Source: Caulobacteraceae bacterium (GTDB taxonomy: Bacteria; Pseudomonadota; Alphaproteobacteria; Caulobacterales; Caulobacteraceae). From it: a stretch of DNA of 64,000 nucleotides. Shown here piece after piece: positions 63,999-64,000 of this stretch; the first letter of the stretch is position 1, and every line of letters begins with the position of its first letter. The translations under genes were made by a program, and so were the position numbers. The DNA lies in NCBI GenBank assembly GCA_947475845.1, contig CANJMO010000005.1:11676-75675 (forward strand). Direction: 5' to 3'. The notes under the pieces are model-generated. The model ran no database searches, was not told where the DNA came from, and saw only the letters and a list, made by a program, of their open reading frames with translations.

Positions 63999-64000
63999 CC

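Overview
High-GC chromosomal segment. Gene content and order fit a free-living alphaproteobacterium, most like Caulobacterales; this is inferred from the translated proteins only. About 55 protein-coding genes are tightly packed on both strands. In order:
- carB (3' part) and greA.
- A pseudaminic-acid-type sugar-nucleotide gene set (SpsF/FlmC-type cytidylyltransferase, PseH-like, PseG-like), interrupted by a Tat-exported flavin amine oxidase plus cytochrome c pair.
- trxB and a SleB-type cell-wall hydrolase.
- nadA-macro-nadB-nadC and a YgiD-like dioxygenase.
- A heme-c/PQQ dehydrogenase carrying an in-frame amber codon.
- tamB-tamA.
- A circularly permuted ATP-grasp / alpha-E / transglutaminase triad.
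- xerD, aroK-aroB, a CBS/CorC protein, a GNAT, bolA and a J-domain protein.
- degP and ccmH-F-E-I.
- A cbpA-like chaperone, a hybrid histidine kinase, ycgN and uup.
- A formaldehyde-detoxification module (cytochrome c, adhC, gfa).
- An MBL hydrolase and a nitronate monooxygenase.
- An RND efflux operon.
- Several hydrolase and methyltransferase genes.
- A BCKD-type E1 alpha/beta pair.

I recognised no rRNA, tRNA, CRISPR array, transposase/IS, integrase or phage module.

Main oddities:
1. A roughly 0.65 kb gene-free, hairpin-rich segment (45.9-46.6 kb) lies between convergent genes. It has its own promoter-like and terminator-like signals, so it is a candidate large structured RNA.
2. Conserved genes carry several frame disruptions, almost all explained by loss of a single base. 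These are either sequencing artefacts or real decay of accessory genes.
3. There are unusual gene pairings: a NicA2/CycN-like amine dehydrogenase inside the pse genes, a macro domain inside the nad operon, and an ATP-grasp/alpha-E/transglutaminase triad without an Anbu protease.

Nothing here resembles a defence island. The window is mostly core genome.
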